This document shows, piece by piece, positions 28,241 through 40,547 of a stretch of DNA of 64,000 nucleotides. Position numbers and translations under genes: made by a program. This DNA is from Octopus vulgaris. Taxonomy: Eukaryota. Position 1 is the stretch's first letter, and each line of letters opens with the position of its first letter. The stretch is taken from contig OX597828.1 in NCBI GenBank assembly GCA_951406725.2, positions 45,384,001 through 45,448,000 of the forward strand, read 5' to 3'. Below the pieces are notes generated by a model that was given only the letters and a program-made list of their open reading frames with translations, was not told the origin of the DNA and searched no databases.

Positions 28241-28386
28241 TGTGCAGTTGTATTGCAGTTGTTGTTGTTACTGCTTAGTTCTGGAGCACTGTGAAGTAAC
28301 ACACCAATAATCAAAGGACTTCTAGTTGGTGCAATCCCATCTCATGTATCTAAAGTTACATTAACCAAAATTCCCCTTTTCTGACT

Positions 28387-28620
28387 TAATCCTTTTGTTA
28401 CTGTATTTCTATTGAGATACACTATTTTTGTATCACTTAAGTCCGAAAATAAGAAAGAACTGAATAAAATGATTTTGTCCTCATTAAGCTGGTGTTTGAG
28501 AAAGAGATTAATTAACAGGAAATTTTGATGGAAAGTTTTAATTTAAATCCTTTCAAAACAGAAAGTTTACACCATAGAACCAGAAGTAGATCTCAGGTGG
28601 GTTAATGCCACAAGGTTTAA
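28387..28620. mobile_element. piggyBac-like MITE remnant
   Basis: TTAA at both ends with degenerate termini TTAATCCTTT.../...AAGGTTTAA. Confidence 0.45.
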
Positions 28621-28869
28621 AGAGAATAGGCTTTGAGATTTGAAGAGAATTTTGTCACTATTTCTTCTAGTAGATTAAACAGTGCCCTAGGGAAACCTTT
28701 GTTGTCATGTCCAGAAGCTTTCCATTAAACAGATGATGACTTCCAGAACTGGCTTTGCCCTTTCCTGTTTCTTGACCGTATCAACTTATTTCTCAAGAAT
28801 ATTACATTATATCATTACATTTTATGACAAGATGGGGGTTCCAGTAAAATTTGGTTCATATTTCTTGCA

Positions 28870-29520
28870 GGGTCACAAACTGTGCTAGTCTGTTTCCTTA
28901 GTGTTAGTTATCTCACCTAAGTATTTATAGTTTTCTTAAGATACACAAATATTTATAGCTCACCAATTCTGATCTCTTTTATAACGCTGTCTTTATAAGG
29001 TAAATTATATCCCATTATTTCCTGCTATTTTCCTTTCAATCTTTGTAAACACCCCTAGATTTTGTATTCCAAACTTCTTTGAAAGATATTCTGTAAATCC
29101 ATAAAAATATCTTTGTACTAAAACATCAATCTCATACATCAGTGTTCTTTTGTGAATAGCTTCCAGTCATTTATAAGAAATCATTGATTTTATGCTGCAT
29201 ACTTTCCATGGCATACACCTAACATATATCATTCTAAGAATTAATGGTATTGAACATAACATGAAAAACAAAGAGGTCGAACTAAACAACCTAGAAAATT
29301 TTTTATTGATTTTTATGCTTCCTAAATCATTATCAGAAATGACAGAGAGTTTGGTTTTGCAGTGACATGATTTTTAAAAAACTTTTAGAATTCTAGGAAC
29401 TTTTACTACAATTAGCATCTTGATATATCCCTTCACTATCCAAGATTAAAGATTTAGGTTAATACCATAATAAGTTTCCTACGTTTGTAAATAATAGATT
29501 TCACAATGTCTGATGATCTC
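28870..29520 (-). pseudogene. Degraded R4/Dong-like RT fragment, inverted relative to the 27540 copy
   Basis: Reverse-complement homology to 27540-28240. YKYLG is encoded at 28915-28929. Confidence 0.6.
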
Positions 29521-31173
29521 TTGTGCAGACATCGCATCTTTTATCTTCTATCTTTTACTTTAATTATTTTAATAAGGCCATGCTGGGATACCATCTTGAA
29601 GAACTTTATGTTAGAAGAATCGACCCTAGTACTTGTAGATTTTTTAAAGCCTGGTACTTATTCTGTCAGCTTCATTTGCCAAACCGCTAAGCTATGGGGA
29701 TGTTAACATGCCAATACCAGTTGTCAAGCAGTGGTGGGGGATGAACACAGACACAAAGACACATACACACACAAATATGCATGTATGTGTATGTTTATAT
29801 ATATATATATTTTTATATATATATATACAGATTTTCCTCCCTGTGCCTGTGAAATCTTGCATCCCTGCTGTAAGGCTTTATTTTCACACACCCCAGCTTA
29901 ATTTAATTCATCCTTAGTCGAAAGACACCTGTTGTTATGTCCAAGAATTATTCTTTGTAAGCCTAGTCCTTATTCTATCAGTCTCTTTTTCTGAACCGCT
30001 AAGTTACAGGGACGTACACAAACCAGCATCGGTTGTCAAGTGATGTTGGGGGGACGAACACAGACACACAAACATACACACACACATACATATACATATA
30101 TACGATGGGCTTCTTTCAGTTTCTGGCTACCAAATCAACTCACAAGGCTTTGTTGGTCCGAGGCTATAGAAGACTCCTGCCCAAAGTACCACACAGTGGG
30201 ACTGAACCCGGAACCATTTGGTTGGTAAGCAGGCTACTTACCACACAGCCACTCCTACGCCTAATGATAATGATGATAGATGATGATGATGATGAGGAGG
30301 AGGTAGAGGTAGAATAGGAGAATGATGATGATGGTGGTGGTGGTGGTGGTGGTGGTGGCAGTGGTGATGATGATGAAGAGGAGGAGAGTGATGATGATGA
30401 TGATGATGATGATGACGACCATGATGAAGAATATAATAACGATGACAATGACAATGGCAGTGATGATGATGGCTATGATGGTGATGATGAAGATGATGAT
30501 GATAATGATGATGGTGATAATGTGGATGATGATGATGAAGACAACCACAATGAATATGATAATAACAATTCCGGTGATTGTGATGATGATGATGATTATG
30601 ATGACAATGGTGATGACGATAATGATGATGACGATGACGATGCTGATGATTATGATGAAGATGACGAAGTCAATCAGATGAAACACAATCATAATCCAGA
30701 ATTATGTACACTCATTATCCACTACAGCACTTGGGCAATCCCCTCGATACATTGTAACCTCAAATTACATGTATATTACGTTTGTATAAGAATAAACTGG
30801 GATTATACCCTTAATCCATCAGTTCAATTGCAATCCATCATTATTACACGTTATTTGTTAATACACTTATAATTCAAAATCATGAACTAAATTTTTGAAA
30901 TTCTTGAGTATTTTGTATGTTCACATCACATGAGCTATTGCCCTACATTGCACCTGAAAAATGTTAATCCTTCAATACACTTACAAGCCACAGATACGTA
31001 TATAGGCACAGGCAAAGCTATGTGGTAAGAAGCTAGCTTCCCAATCACATGGTTCTGGGTTCAGTCCTACTGTATGGTACCATAGGCAAGTGTCTTCCAC
31101 ACAAGCCCCATCCTGCAACCAACCAAAACCTTGTGAGTGGATTTGGTAGATCGAAACTGAAAGAAGTTTGTTG

Positions 31174-31213
<40 letters not shown>

Positions 31214-31551
31214 CATGATGGCTGCCCCCTCGTTATCGAGTATGGCCATTGCACGAAGCTTAACTGTTATCGGTGCTGTGATCGAATGTGACTTTTATTT
31301 GCTTTTTAAGGCTACAGCCAGCCATTCAGTTGAGACACACAGCACTATCAACAATCATGAACAATGTTGCTATCGTGCAATGCCTGTGCAAGAAGATTTT
31401 TTTTAAGTGAGGAAAGGCTGTGCACTGAGTCAAGCCATAATGTTGTTGTTGTTGTTGTTATTATTATTATTGTTATTGTTGTTGTGGTTGTTGTTGTTGT
31501 TATTATTATTGTTTTTGCTGTTGTGGTTGTTGTTGTTATTATTATTATTAT

Positions 31552-31979
31552 TGAGTGAGAGAGCAGTTCATGCCATCAAAGTGACACTGGGGTAAAATAT
31601 ACGAAGCCCAATATACCCATCATGACTACCCGTCTGATAAGGGTACACCAGGCACATGCATCACAACCATATGTGCGCGACATGGTGATCTCATATCAAG
31701 GTAAACAGCACATGACCTTGCAGGTGGGACCCAGTTAAAATTTTCTTCAGGTTGAGTAGCCCATCCCGCTCAAAAGGTCCCTGAATAAGGGTTGTTTAAG
31801 GATGTTGAAAGAACCACCCATGTTTCCAGAGCTGAATTATTCAAATCCCAAAGAATCCCTCTCAACACATAGCTATGATGCTCCCCCACTACTTCTGCTC
31901 GTGATCAGAGATGCACATATCGTCAGCCACTAAGGGACATGCTCAACTGGTTAAGGTCAAACAACTGACAAGCAAATGT

Positions 31980-32023
<44 letters not shown>

Positions 32024-32580
32024 GAGTGAGCGAGCAGAGCATGCCATCAAAGTGACACTGGGGTAAAATATACAAAGCCCAATATACCCATCATGACTAC
32101 CCGTCTGATAAGGGTACACCAGGCACATGCATCACAACCATATGTGCGCGACATGGTGATCTCATATCAAGATAAACAGCACATGACCTTGCAGGTGGAG
32201 CCCAGTTAGAATTTTCTTCAGATCGAGTAACCCATCCCGCTCAAAAGGTCCCTGAATAAGGGTTGTTTAAGGACGTTGAACGAAACACCCATGTTTCCAG
32301 AGGTGAATTATTCAAACCCCAAAGAATCCTTCTCAACACATGGCTATGATGCTCCCCCACTACTTCTGCTCAGTGATCAGAGATGCACATATCATCAGCC
32401 ACTAAGGGACATGCTCAACTGGTTAAGGTCAAACAACTGACAAACAAATCTGTGGTATTGAGCAGAATATTTGCTGTAGCCCATCTTTTATACCAAGACA
32501 AAACAATGTACATGATAACACTTCCAATCAGTTAAGATCAGAAGCCATGAGAGCCACTGCCTGGTACTGCATCAGGGCAT

Positions 32581-32582
<2 letters not shown>
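31552..32582 (-). mobile_element. Two head-to-tail copies (31552-31980 truncated; 32023-32582 full ~560 bp) of an (AAT)n-embedded retroelement
   Basis: Near-identical sequences bounded by (ATT)n. A third copy lies at 34953-35484. Confidence 0.85.
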
Positions 32583-32614
<32 letters not shown>

Positions 32615-32618
32615 TATA

Positions 32619-32651
<33 letters not shown>

Positions 32652-32889
32652 GTTATTATTATTATTAAGGTGGCAAGCTGGCGGAATCGTTAGCACACCA
32701 GGCAGAATGCTTAGTGGCATTTTGTTCGTCTTTAATGTTTTAAGTTCAAATTCCACCAAGGTCGACTTTGGTTTCCATCCTTCCAAGGTCAATGAAATAA
32801 GTACCAGTGAAACACTGGGGTCGATGGAATTGACAGGTCCCCTCCCCACCAAATTTCAGGCCTTGTGCTTATAGTAGAAAGGATTATTA

Positions 32890-33400
32890 TTACTGTTATC
32901 TGTTTTGTCTAGTTTCCTTCCAAAATCAAATTTCCAATCATACCTACATTTACCATTTTCTTATGATCCACAACTACTAGTAAATTATCACTGGTTCCTC
33001 TCCTTTTCATGGTGTTGTCCTTATCAGGTGACTACATCACTTTATTTTCTGCCGCTTTCCTTGTTCTCATTGTTCCATGGCCCCAAGATTCCATATTCTA
33101 AATTTTCATATTCATCGAAATATTCTGTCTAAGCCTATAAAACTGATTGTGCTAAGACATGTCTCTCTTTGATCTGTATTCTTCACCTGAATAGCTTCCA
33201 GCCATTCCAAAATGCGAAATTATTGATTTTATGCTGCATACTTTCCATGACACACTGAACATACACCATTCTTAGAATTAATGGTATTGAACATTGTATA
33301 AAAAGACCAAGGGGTCAAACTAAACAACCTTATAAAATTTCTGTTATTGATTTCACTATTTCCTAAATCTTTAGCAGAATACGAAGAAAGAGGGCCTACT
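32890..33400 (-). pseudogene. Third R4/Dong-like RT fragment
   Basis: Shares TGATTTTATGCTGCATACTTTCCATG...AGAATTAATGGTATTGAACAT with the 29160-29260 region. Confidence 0.55.
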
Positions 33401-33519
33401 TTTCTGGTGGTATCTTTCCTTTTCCTCTTAGAATTCTAATGACTTTTGCTTCATCTCTCGTTTCAATATATCTTTGGAACAGTATTAGTAGCACAATCGA
33501 GTATATCCAATATGCTCTG

Positions 33520-33630
33520 CAAACGAGACCTTCGAAGACCGAAGTGGAGAAGGGGTCCGTGCCAACGGCGGTCAAGCACGGGTCAGTCGGTCCTAAGAAG
33601 CGGGCAAAAGCTTCCACGAAGGGAGCCAAA
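33520..33630 (+). rRNA. Retroposed 28S rRNA fragment (~110 nt, ending in D7a), fused to a SINE
   Basis: CAAACGAGA.CTT.GAAG.CCGAAGTGGAGAAGGG.TCC.TG..AAC.GC.GT..A.CA.GGGTCAGTCGGTCCT matches the conserved eukaryotic LSU segment. The CCGTGC/GCACGG helix shows compensatory changes. Confidence 0.88.
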
Positions 33631-33632
33631 GA

Positions 33633-33861
33633 GGCGGTGAGCTGGCAGAATCGTTAGCACGCCGGGCAAAATGCGTAGCTGTATTTCATCTGCCGTTACG
33701 TTCTGAGTTCAAATTCCGCCGAGGTCGACTTTACCGTTCATCCTTTCGAGGTCGATAAATAAAGTGCCAGTTACACACTGGGGTCAATATAACCGACTTA
33801 ATCCGTTTGTCTGTCCTTGTTTGTTCCCTCAATGTTTGGCCCCTTGTGGGCAATAAAGAAA
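33633..33861 (+). mobile_element. SINE family B, 3' partner of the 28S chimera
   Basis: Full head to tail. TSD CAATATGCTCTGCAAA at 33508-33523 and 33862-33877 encloses rRNA plus SINE. Confidence 0.9.
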
Positions 33862-34140
33862 CAATATGCTCTGCAAAGGGATTGGTGCTAAGAAGGACAC
33901 CCACCTATAGAAATCATGTCACAGATTGATATACATGAGCAAAATGTGCTCGACTGACCCTCATAGGTAGGATGATAACTTCCAAATAAGAACTGGTGAG
34001 CTGGTAGATTCATTAGAGCTTTAGTAAAAGCACATATTCTCTGGTGTTTGGTTTCGCTCTTTATGTTCTGAGTTCAAATCTTACTGAAGCCAACTTTGCT
34101 TTTCATTCTTTCATGGTTTATCTTTTAATTCAACAATAAC

Positions 34141-34176
<36 letters not shown>

Positions 34177-34434
34177 CATGAGTCATAAGTATGTTATATA
34201 AGAGTAAAATTACATAAATAATACAAAGAAAAAGTGAAAAAAAAATTTATGCTCAAGAAGTAAAATAAAAATGAAACAAAATGTGTATATGTATATAAAT
34301 ATCACACGTGTCTTGAATGGGCTGGAGTACTTCTATTTTGGATGTATTTGGGGTACTTAATTGTGCTCATGACTTAGTGTTTTGCTTCTTCCATGGGTAT
34401 GAGTAAGTATCTCATTTATTTCTTTTGCCACATT

Positions 34435-34485
34435 CATCACTGATGAAGGGAGGGTTCTTACGAACTAACCCTGAAATCTGTCCAA
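34435..34485 (+). ncRNA. Degenerate hammerhead-like motif in an AT-rich element
   Basis: CTGATGA (34440) - AGGG...CCCT stem II - GAAA - TCT - GTC. Stems I and III are poorly paired. Confidence 0.4.
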
Positions 34486-34952
34486 TATGGTAATAATGGA
34501 ATTTTTTAGAAATTTCTGTCGGCTTTTTTCAAGTAGCGTGCATATTGTGAAAAATTATATGGTTATGGACAATATGTTCAATTTTCGGCATATTTGGCAT
34601 TAGAAATTTTTTCGTTTGCCCTTGTTTATAAGTTGTTTATATATATATATATGTGTATATATATATATATAAGTACATACTCACAAGTATGGATGTCAAT
34701 AATTTATGAATCAATATTATCTGTATTCATATATATATGTTCTTTTCTAAGTTACTTATTCAAGTATATAAATTAAGGGATATAAGAGTAAAAAATAAAA
34801 TAAGAATAATAAATTAATAAATAAAAATAAAATGAATTTATAATATGATATAATAAAGTAGAAGCAAAATAAAATAAAATAAAAAGTAAATAAAATAGAA
34901 TGTAGGCAAATGAAAAATTGAAATAAAGTCATGCTCATATGTGAAGATGGTG

Positions 34953-35484
34953 AAATGTCCTGATGCAGTACCAGGCAGTGGCTCTCATGGCTTCTGATCT
35001 TAACTGATTGGAAGTGTCATCATGTACATTGTTTTGTCTTGGTATAAAAGAGGGGCTACAGCAAATATTCTGCTCAAAACCACAGATTTACTTGTCACTT
35101 GTTTGACCTTAACCAGTTGACCATGTCCTTTAGTGGTTGACGATATGTGCATCTCTGACCACAAGCAGAAGTAGTGGGGGAGTATCATAGCCATGTGTTG
35201 AGAGGGATTCTTTGGGGTTTGAATAATTCATCTTTGGAAACATGGGTGTTTCATTCAACCTTTTGAGTGGGATGGGTTACTCGACCAGAAGAAAATTCGA
35301 ACTGGACCCCACCCGCAAGGTCATGTGCTGTTTATCTTGATATGAGATCACCATGTCGCGCACGAGTGGTTGTGATGCATGTGCCTGGTGTACCCTTATC
35401 AAACGGGTAGTGATGATGGGTATGCTGGGCTTCGTATATTTTACCCCAGTGTCACTTTGATGGCATGCACTGCTCTCTCACTCA
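34953..35484 (+). mobile_element. (AAT)n-tailed element, inverted copy of 32023-32582
   Basis: Reverse-complement identity with a small internal deletion, followed by (AAT)n. Confidence 0.85.
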
Positions 35485-35501
35485 ATAATAATAATAATAA
35501 T

Positions 35502-35542
<41 letters not shown>

Positions 35543-36089
35543 TAATAGTAATAATAATAATGATGATGATGAGAAGAAAAAGAAGAAGAAGAAGAACAAC
35601 AACAACAACAACAAAAATAACAACAATAACAACAACAACTACAGGAAGAACATTAATAATAAGACCAGCATTTTCTAAGAGTCTAGAGCAAATCAATTAC
35701 GTTGAGGTGCCTAACTTGACTGGTACTTTTATTTTACCGATTCTGAAAGAAAGAAAATCAAAACTGACCTCAGAAGAATTGCAACCGAGGAAGTAAAGAA
35801 CCAGAAGAAATGCCACTAAGCATTTTGTCCAAAACACTAACAATTCTGGCAGCTGACCAATGAAGATGATGATGATGATGATGATGATGGTGTGGATGAT
35901 GAAGAAGAAAATAATGATGATGATGATGATTGTGATGATGACGACTTTGATAATGATGATGATGAAGATGGTGATGACGACGATGACAACAACGATGATG
36001 ATGGTGATGATGATAACGACCATGACGTTGATGATCATGATGATTATCATCATCATCATCATGCTTATGATGATAATGATGCTGCTGTC

Positions 36090-36169
<80 letters not shown>

Positions 36170-37838
36170 CGATGACGACGATGATGACGATGATGATGAT
36201 GATGATGATGATGAGAATAAAAGAAGTACAGAAGAGAATAAAGAGAGAGCTGACAAAAAGAAATTAAGAAGCAGAGGAAGAGTGGGACATGGAAAGAAGA
36301 GAGAGGTGGAAGTGTATGGATGACAGGTTTTTTTTCAATTATGGTATTTGAGACATAAAAAAGTAATATATGATAAGGAAAACTTATTTCTGCAAAGAAA
36401 TAAAAATGGTTTGGTTTTTATCTGTAGGAAATACGTTTTTAACATATCGAAATCCTTATATAAAAGAATAAGGTAAAAAAAAAAAAATAGGAGTGGAGAG
36501 ATTGCTCTGAGGATAAACAAAAATAATTAGTCCCTCGCATCTATTTTTTTTATGACTTCATTTTAAAGAAGGAATGATAGCACCCAAGCCCTTTAAAGGA
36601 GGTTTCTGAGGTTGATGGGGGGGTCTAAATGAGGAGGTGAGACATTGATTGATCAATGATTTTTAAAAGATACAGCACAGTAACTTGGAAAGTTTGTATT
36701 GATCATAGTTGATAACATAGTACTAGCATCAAATTTAACCCTCACCCCTCCCATTAAAGGATACATGACAAAGATAATGGCTAAAAAGGCAAATACGTAT
36801 TTCTTTATTACCCACAAGGGGCTAAACACAGAGAGGACAAACAAGGACAGACATAGGTATTAAGTCGATTACATCGACCCCAGTGCGTAACTGGTACTTA
36901 ATTTATCGACCCCGAAAGGATGAAAGGCAAAGTCAATCTCGGTGGAATTTGAACTCACAACGTAACGCAGATGAAATACCGCTAAGCATTTCACCAGGCG
37001 TGCTAACGTTTCTGCCAGTCATTCCTTCTAGAGCTAGATTTCATTAATTAGCCAAAATATATACCTGCTCATGTAGGCAGGGGATGGAGGTTTCCCTTTT
37101 CTATTTTTCTGATATTTTTTCTTCTGTTCTCTCATATGTAATCTATACTCCGCAGCTTGTCAACCAGTTGTATTTTTTTTAACCAAACATTCTGTGCAAA
37201 AGAGTTTAAGCTAAGCATTTCTGACTGGCATGTCTGATGCAATGGAATTATTCTGTCCATGTAGGGAAGCTGAATTATTTATGAAACTCTCCAGTAACTT
37301 TTGGCTTTATATAGTGTTTAATTTATACAGTTGTCTAAATAAAATATCTGCCTTACTAGCTTAAAATGAGCATCCTCATCTCTTCCAACTTATGAAATGC
37401 TCATGGACATATGCTTCTATGTGCATCTGTACATATGTATGCATTTAAGTATGTATGTGTGCATGTGTATGTAAATGCTTTGAATCTGTTGAACTAATTT
37501 TATTTATTCCTATGGATATATGTACATATACCACACTACACATCACATCACAACACAACACCCACACATCAGCACAGACCAATTTCCATCCCCACATTTT
37601 CACGCCTACACATACACACACGCATACGTCAAGACCACCAGCCCTCTTTCACATGCACAAACATACTCTCTTATACACACACGCACCTTCGTTTTGGGGG
37701 TCATCTTTACTTTGTTATCTCCCCTACTTCTTCGCTCTCCTGTGTGTCATTTCTGTTCGGCAGTCACCATGATAGATCGGTAGCCACTACACACATTTTC
37801 TTTCTCTCCTGTTTCTCTCCTTGTTTTTTTCTGTGTCC

Positions 37839-37874
37839 CTTTCTGTGGAAGAGCGTAGGCTCAAAATGTAAAAG
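37839..37874 (+). ncRNA. Decayed minimal hammerhead-like motif
   Basis: CTTT-CTGTGGA-A-GAGC-GTAG-GCTC-AAAAT-GTA-AAAG. Related to the 44903 and 55502 motifs. Confidence 0.45.
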
Positions 37875-37904
37875 ACTTTTTCAATTTCTGAGCGTTATAC
37901 TAAT

Positions 37905-38720
37905 ACAAGTTCGGAAAGCTCCTCCCTCTGTTGGTAACAAAGGGCCTCTCCTTCAAAGTAAGAGGCAGATTGTATGATACCCGTGTGCAAACAGCTATGC
38001 TACGTGGCAGTAAAACATAGGCTGTGATAGCTGAGCACATGCATAGGCTTGAAAGAAATGAAGCCAGTATGCTTTACTGGATGTGCAATGTCAGTGTGCA
38101 TGTTCAACAGAATGTAAGGATCTTGAGAGAAAAGTCAGACATAAGAGACACCAGATGTGGTGTGCGAGAGAGATGATTGCACTGGTATGGTCATGTGAAG
38201 TATATGGACAAAGACAGTTGTGTAAGGAAGTGCTGAACTGTGGTAGAGATAGACCCAGGAAGACAAGGCACGAGGTGGTGAAGCATGATCTTTGAACTTT
38301 GGGCCTCACAGAGGCAATGACTAGCAAACAAGGCCTTTGGCGAAATGCTGTGTTTGAGAAGGCTTGTTAAGCCAAGAGAAAGCATAGTCATGGCTGATGC
38401 TGGTGTCACATAACTGGCACCCATGCCGGGCACATAAAAGGTACCTTTCAAGCATTTGCCCTCACAGAGACAAAGTGGTTGAGCTCCTTTCGATTGTTCA
38501 GCCTCACAGCAGCAATGACTGAGAACTTCGGTATTATGTCATGCTTGAGAAGAAAACCCATCAAGCTGAGCAAATTCACAGTTGTGGCATATACCAGTGT
38601 CACACAAATGGCACCTGTGCCAATGACAGGTAAAAGCACCCACTACACTCTCGGAATGGTTAGCATTAGGAAGGACATCCAGCTGTAGAAAACCATGCCA
38701 AATTGGAGAGCTGCATAAGG
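37905..38720 (+). mobile_element. Old RTE 3' fragment with internal duplications
   Basis: Diverged homology to 20065-20560 (LLPLLVTKGLS..VRGRLYD) and to the RTE tail. Confidence 0.8.
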
Positions 38721-38959
38721 CTCCAATCATTGCTTTTGACATGGTTTCTATGGCTAGATGTCCTTCCTAATGCCAACCACTTTACAGAGTGTACTGGGTG
38801 CATTTTATGTGGTACCAACATAGATGATTTTTATGTGACACTGGCACAGGGGATTTTCGTGTGGCACCATGCAAAATGGATGAAATACAGAAGGGAAAAT
38901 AAGACAACAGTTAATGTGTTATTTTGTATCCCTTCTGGGTTAGAACATTTTTCTCAAGA

Positions 38960-39363
38960 AGGTGCAGGAGTGGCTGTGTGGTGAGTAGCTTGCTTACCAA
39001 CCATATGGTTCTGGGTTCATTTCCACTGTGAGGCACCTTGGGCAAGTGTCTTCTACTATAGCTTCAGGCTGACCAAAGCCTTGTGAGTGGACTTGGTAGA
39101 CGGAAACTGAAGGAATCCTGTCGTATATATATATATATATATGTATGTATGTGTGTGTTTATGTTTGTCCCCCCCCAACATCGCTTGACAACCGATGCTG
39201 GTGTGTTTACATCCCCATAACTTAGCGCAGTTCAGCAAAAGAGACCAATAGAATAAGTACTAGGCTTACAAAGAATAAGTCCTGGGGTTGATTTGCTTGA
39301 CTAAAGGCGGTGCTCCAGTATGGCCACAGTCAAATGACTGAAGCAAGTAAAAAAGTAGATAGT
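38960..39363 (+). mobile_element. SINE family A, full length
   Basis: Collinear with 18586-18997. Confidence 0.85.
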
Positions 39364-40274
39364 ATAGGTTTCTAGAAAACTGTGAGTATACATGAGCTGA
39401 GCACAGGATGAAGAGAGCAGCTTGATAACCTGATCTCAGATGAAGAGAGGAGCCACATGAATTTTTCTACTCCAGGCACAAGGCCCGAAGTTTTGGGGAA
39501 GCAGGTAGGCAGTCGATTAGATTGACCCCAGTACACAACTGGTACTTAATTTATCGATCCCAAAAGGATGAAAAGCAAAGTCAACCTCATGGAATTTGAA
39601 CTCAGAACGTAAAGACAGACGAAATACTGCTAAGCATTTATCCTGGCGTGCTAACGTTTCTTATTTCTTTATCGCTCACAAGGGGCTAAACATAGAGGGG
39701 ACAAACAAGGACAGACAAAGGGATTAAGTCGAATATATTGACCCCAGTGTGTAACTGGTAATTATTTAATTGACCCCAAAAAGGATGAAAGGCAAATTTG
39801 ACCTCGGCGGAATTTGAACTCAGAATGTAGCGGCAGATGAAATACCACTAAGCATTTGTACCAGGTCGCTGCCTTAGGAGCTACATGAACTGAGCTAGAA
39901 ATAGTAGGAAGCAAATAACGGATCGAATCTTGGCATTGTACTTGTGTGAATTTCTTAAAATTTGGTATGATAGAAAGTGCATGATAGTAGTTTCCAGAGA
40001 TAAATAAAGATTGGCACTAGAATCTGGTAAACTAATAATGGTCCACATTGGAAGGAATCAGGTGGGAAATAACGATTAAAGATATATGCAAGTTACTGTA
40101 GCATGAAATGAAGTGGAGAATAATGTTCCAAGAAAAGTAACTTATTAAATAAATCTTGGTGTCTTGATCGTATTGCATATCTCTTTTGTTACCTAATTCA
40201 AACTGACATAGACAAGCACGGGAATAAAAAGTTTGCTCTCTGTCCTTCGTCATTGTAGTAGTAGTAGTAGTCGC

Positions 40275-40352
<78 letters not shown>

Positions 40353-40420
40353 GGTGGTGGTAGTGGTGGTGGTGGTGGTGGTGGTAGTAGTAGTAGTAGG
40401 AGTAGGAGTAGTAGTAGTAG

Positions 40421-40463
<43 letters not shown>

Positions 40464-40485
40464 GGTGGTGGTGGTGGTGGTGGTG

Positions 40486-40547
<62 letters not shown>

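Noticed and set aside
33396-33657. GC-rich short ORFs on both strands
   Set aside because: They overlap the 28S rRNA fragment and SINE head and are not protein-coding.
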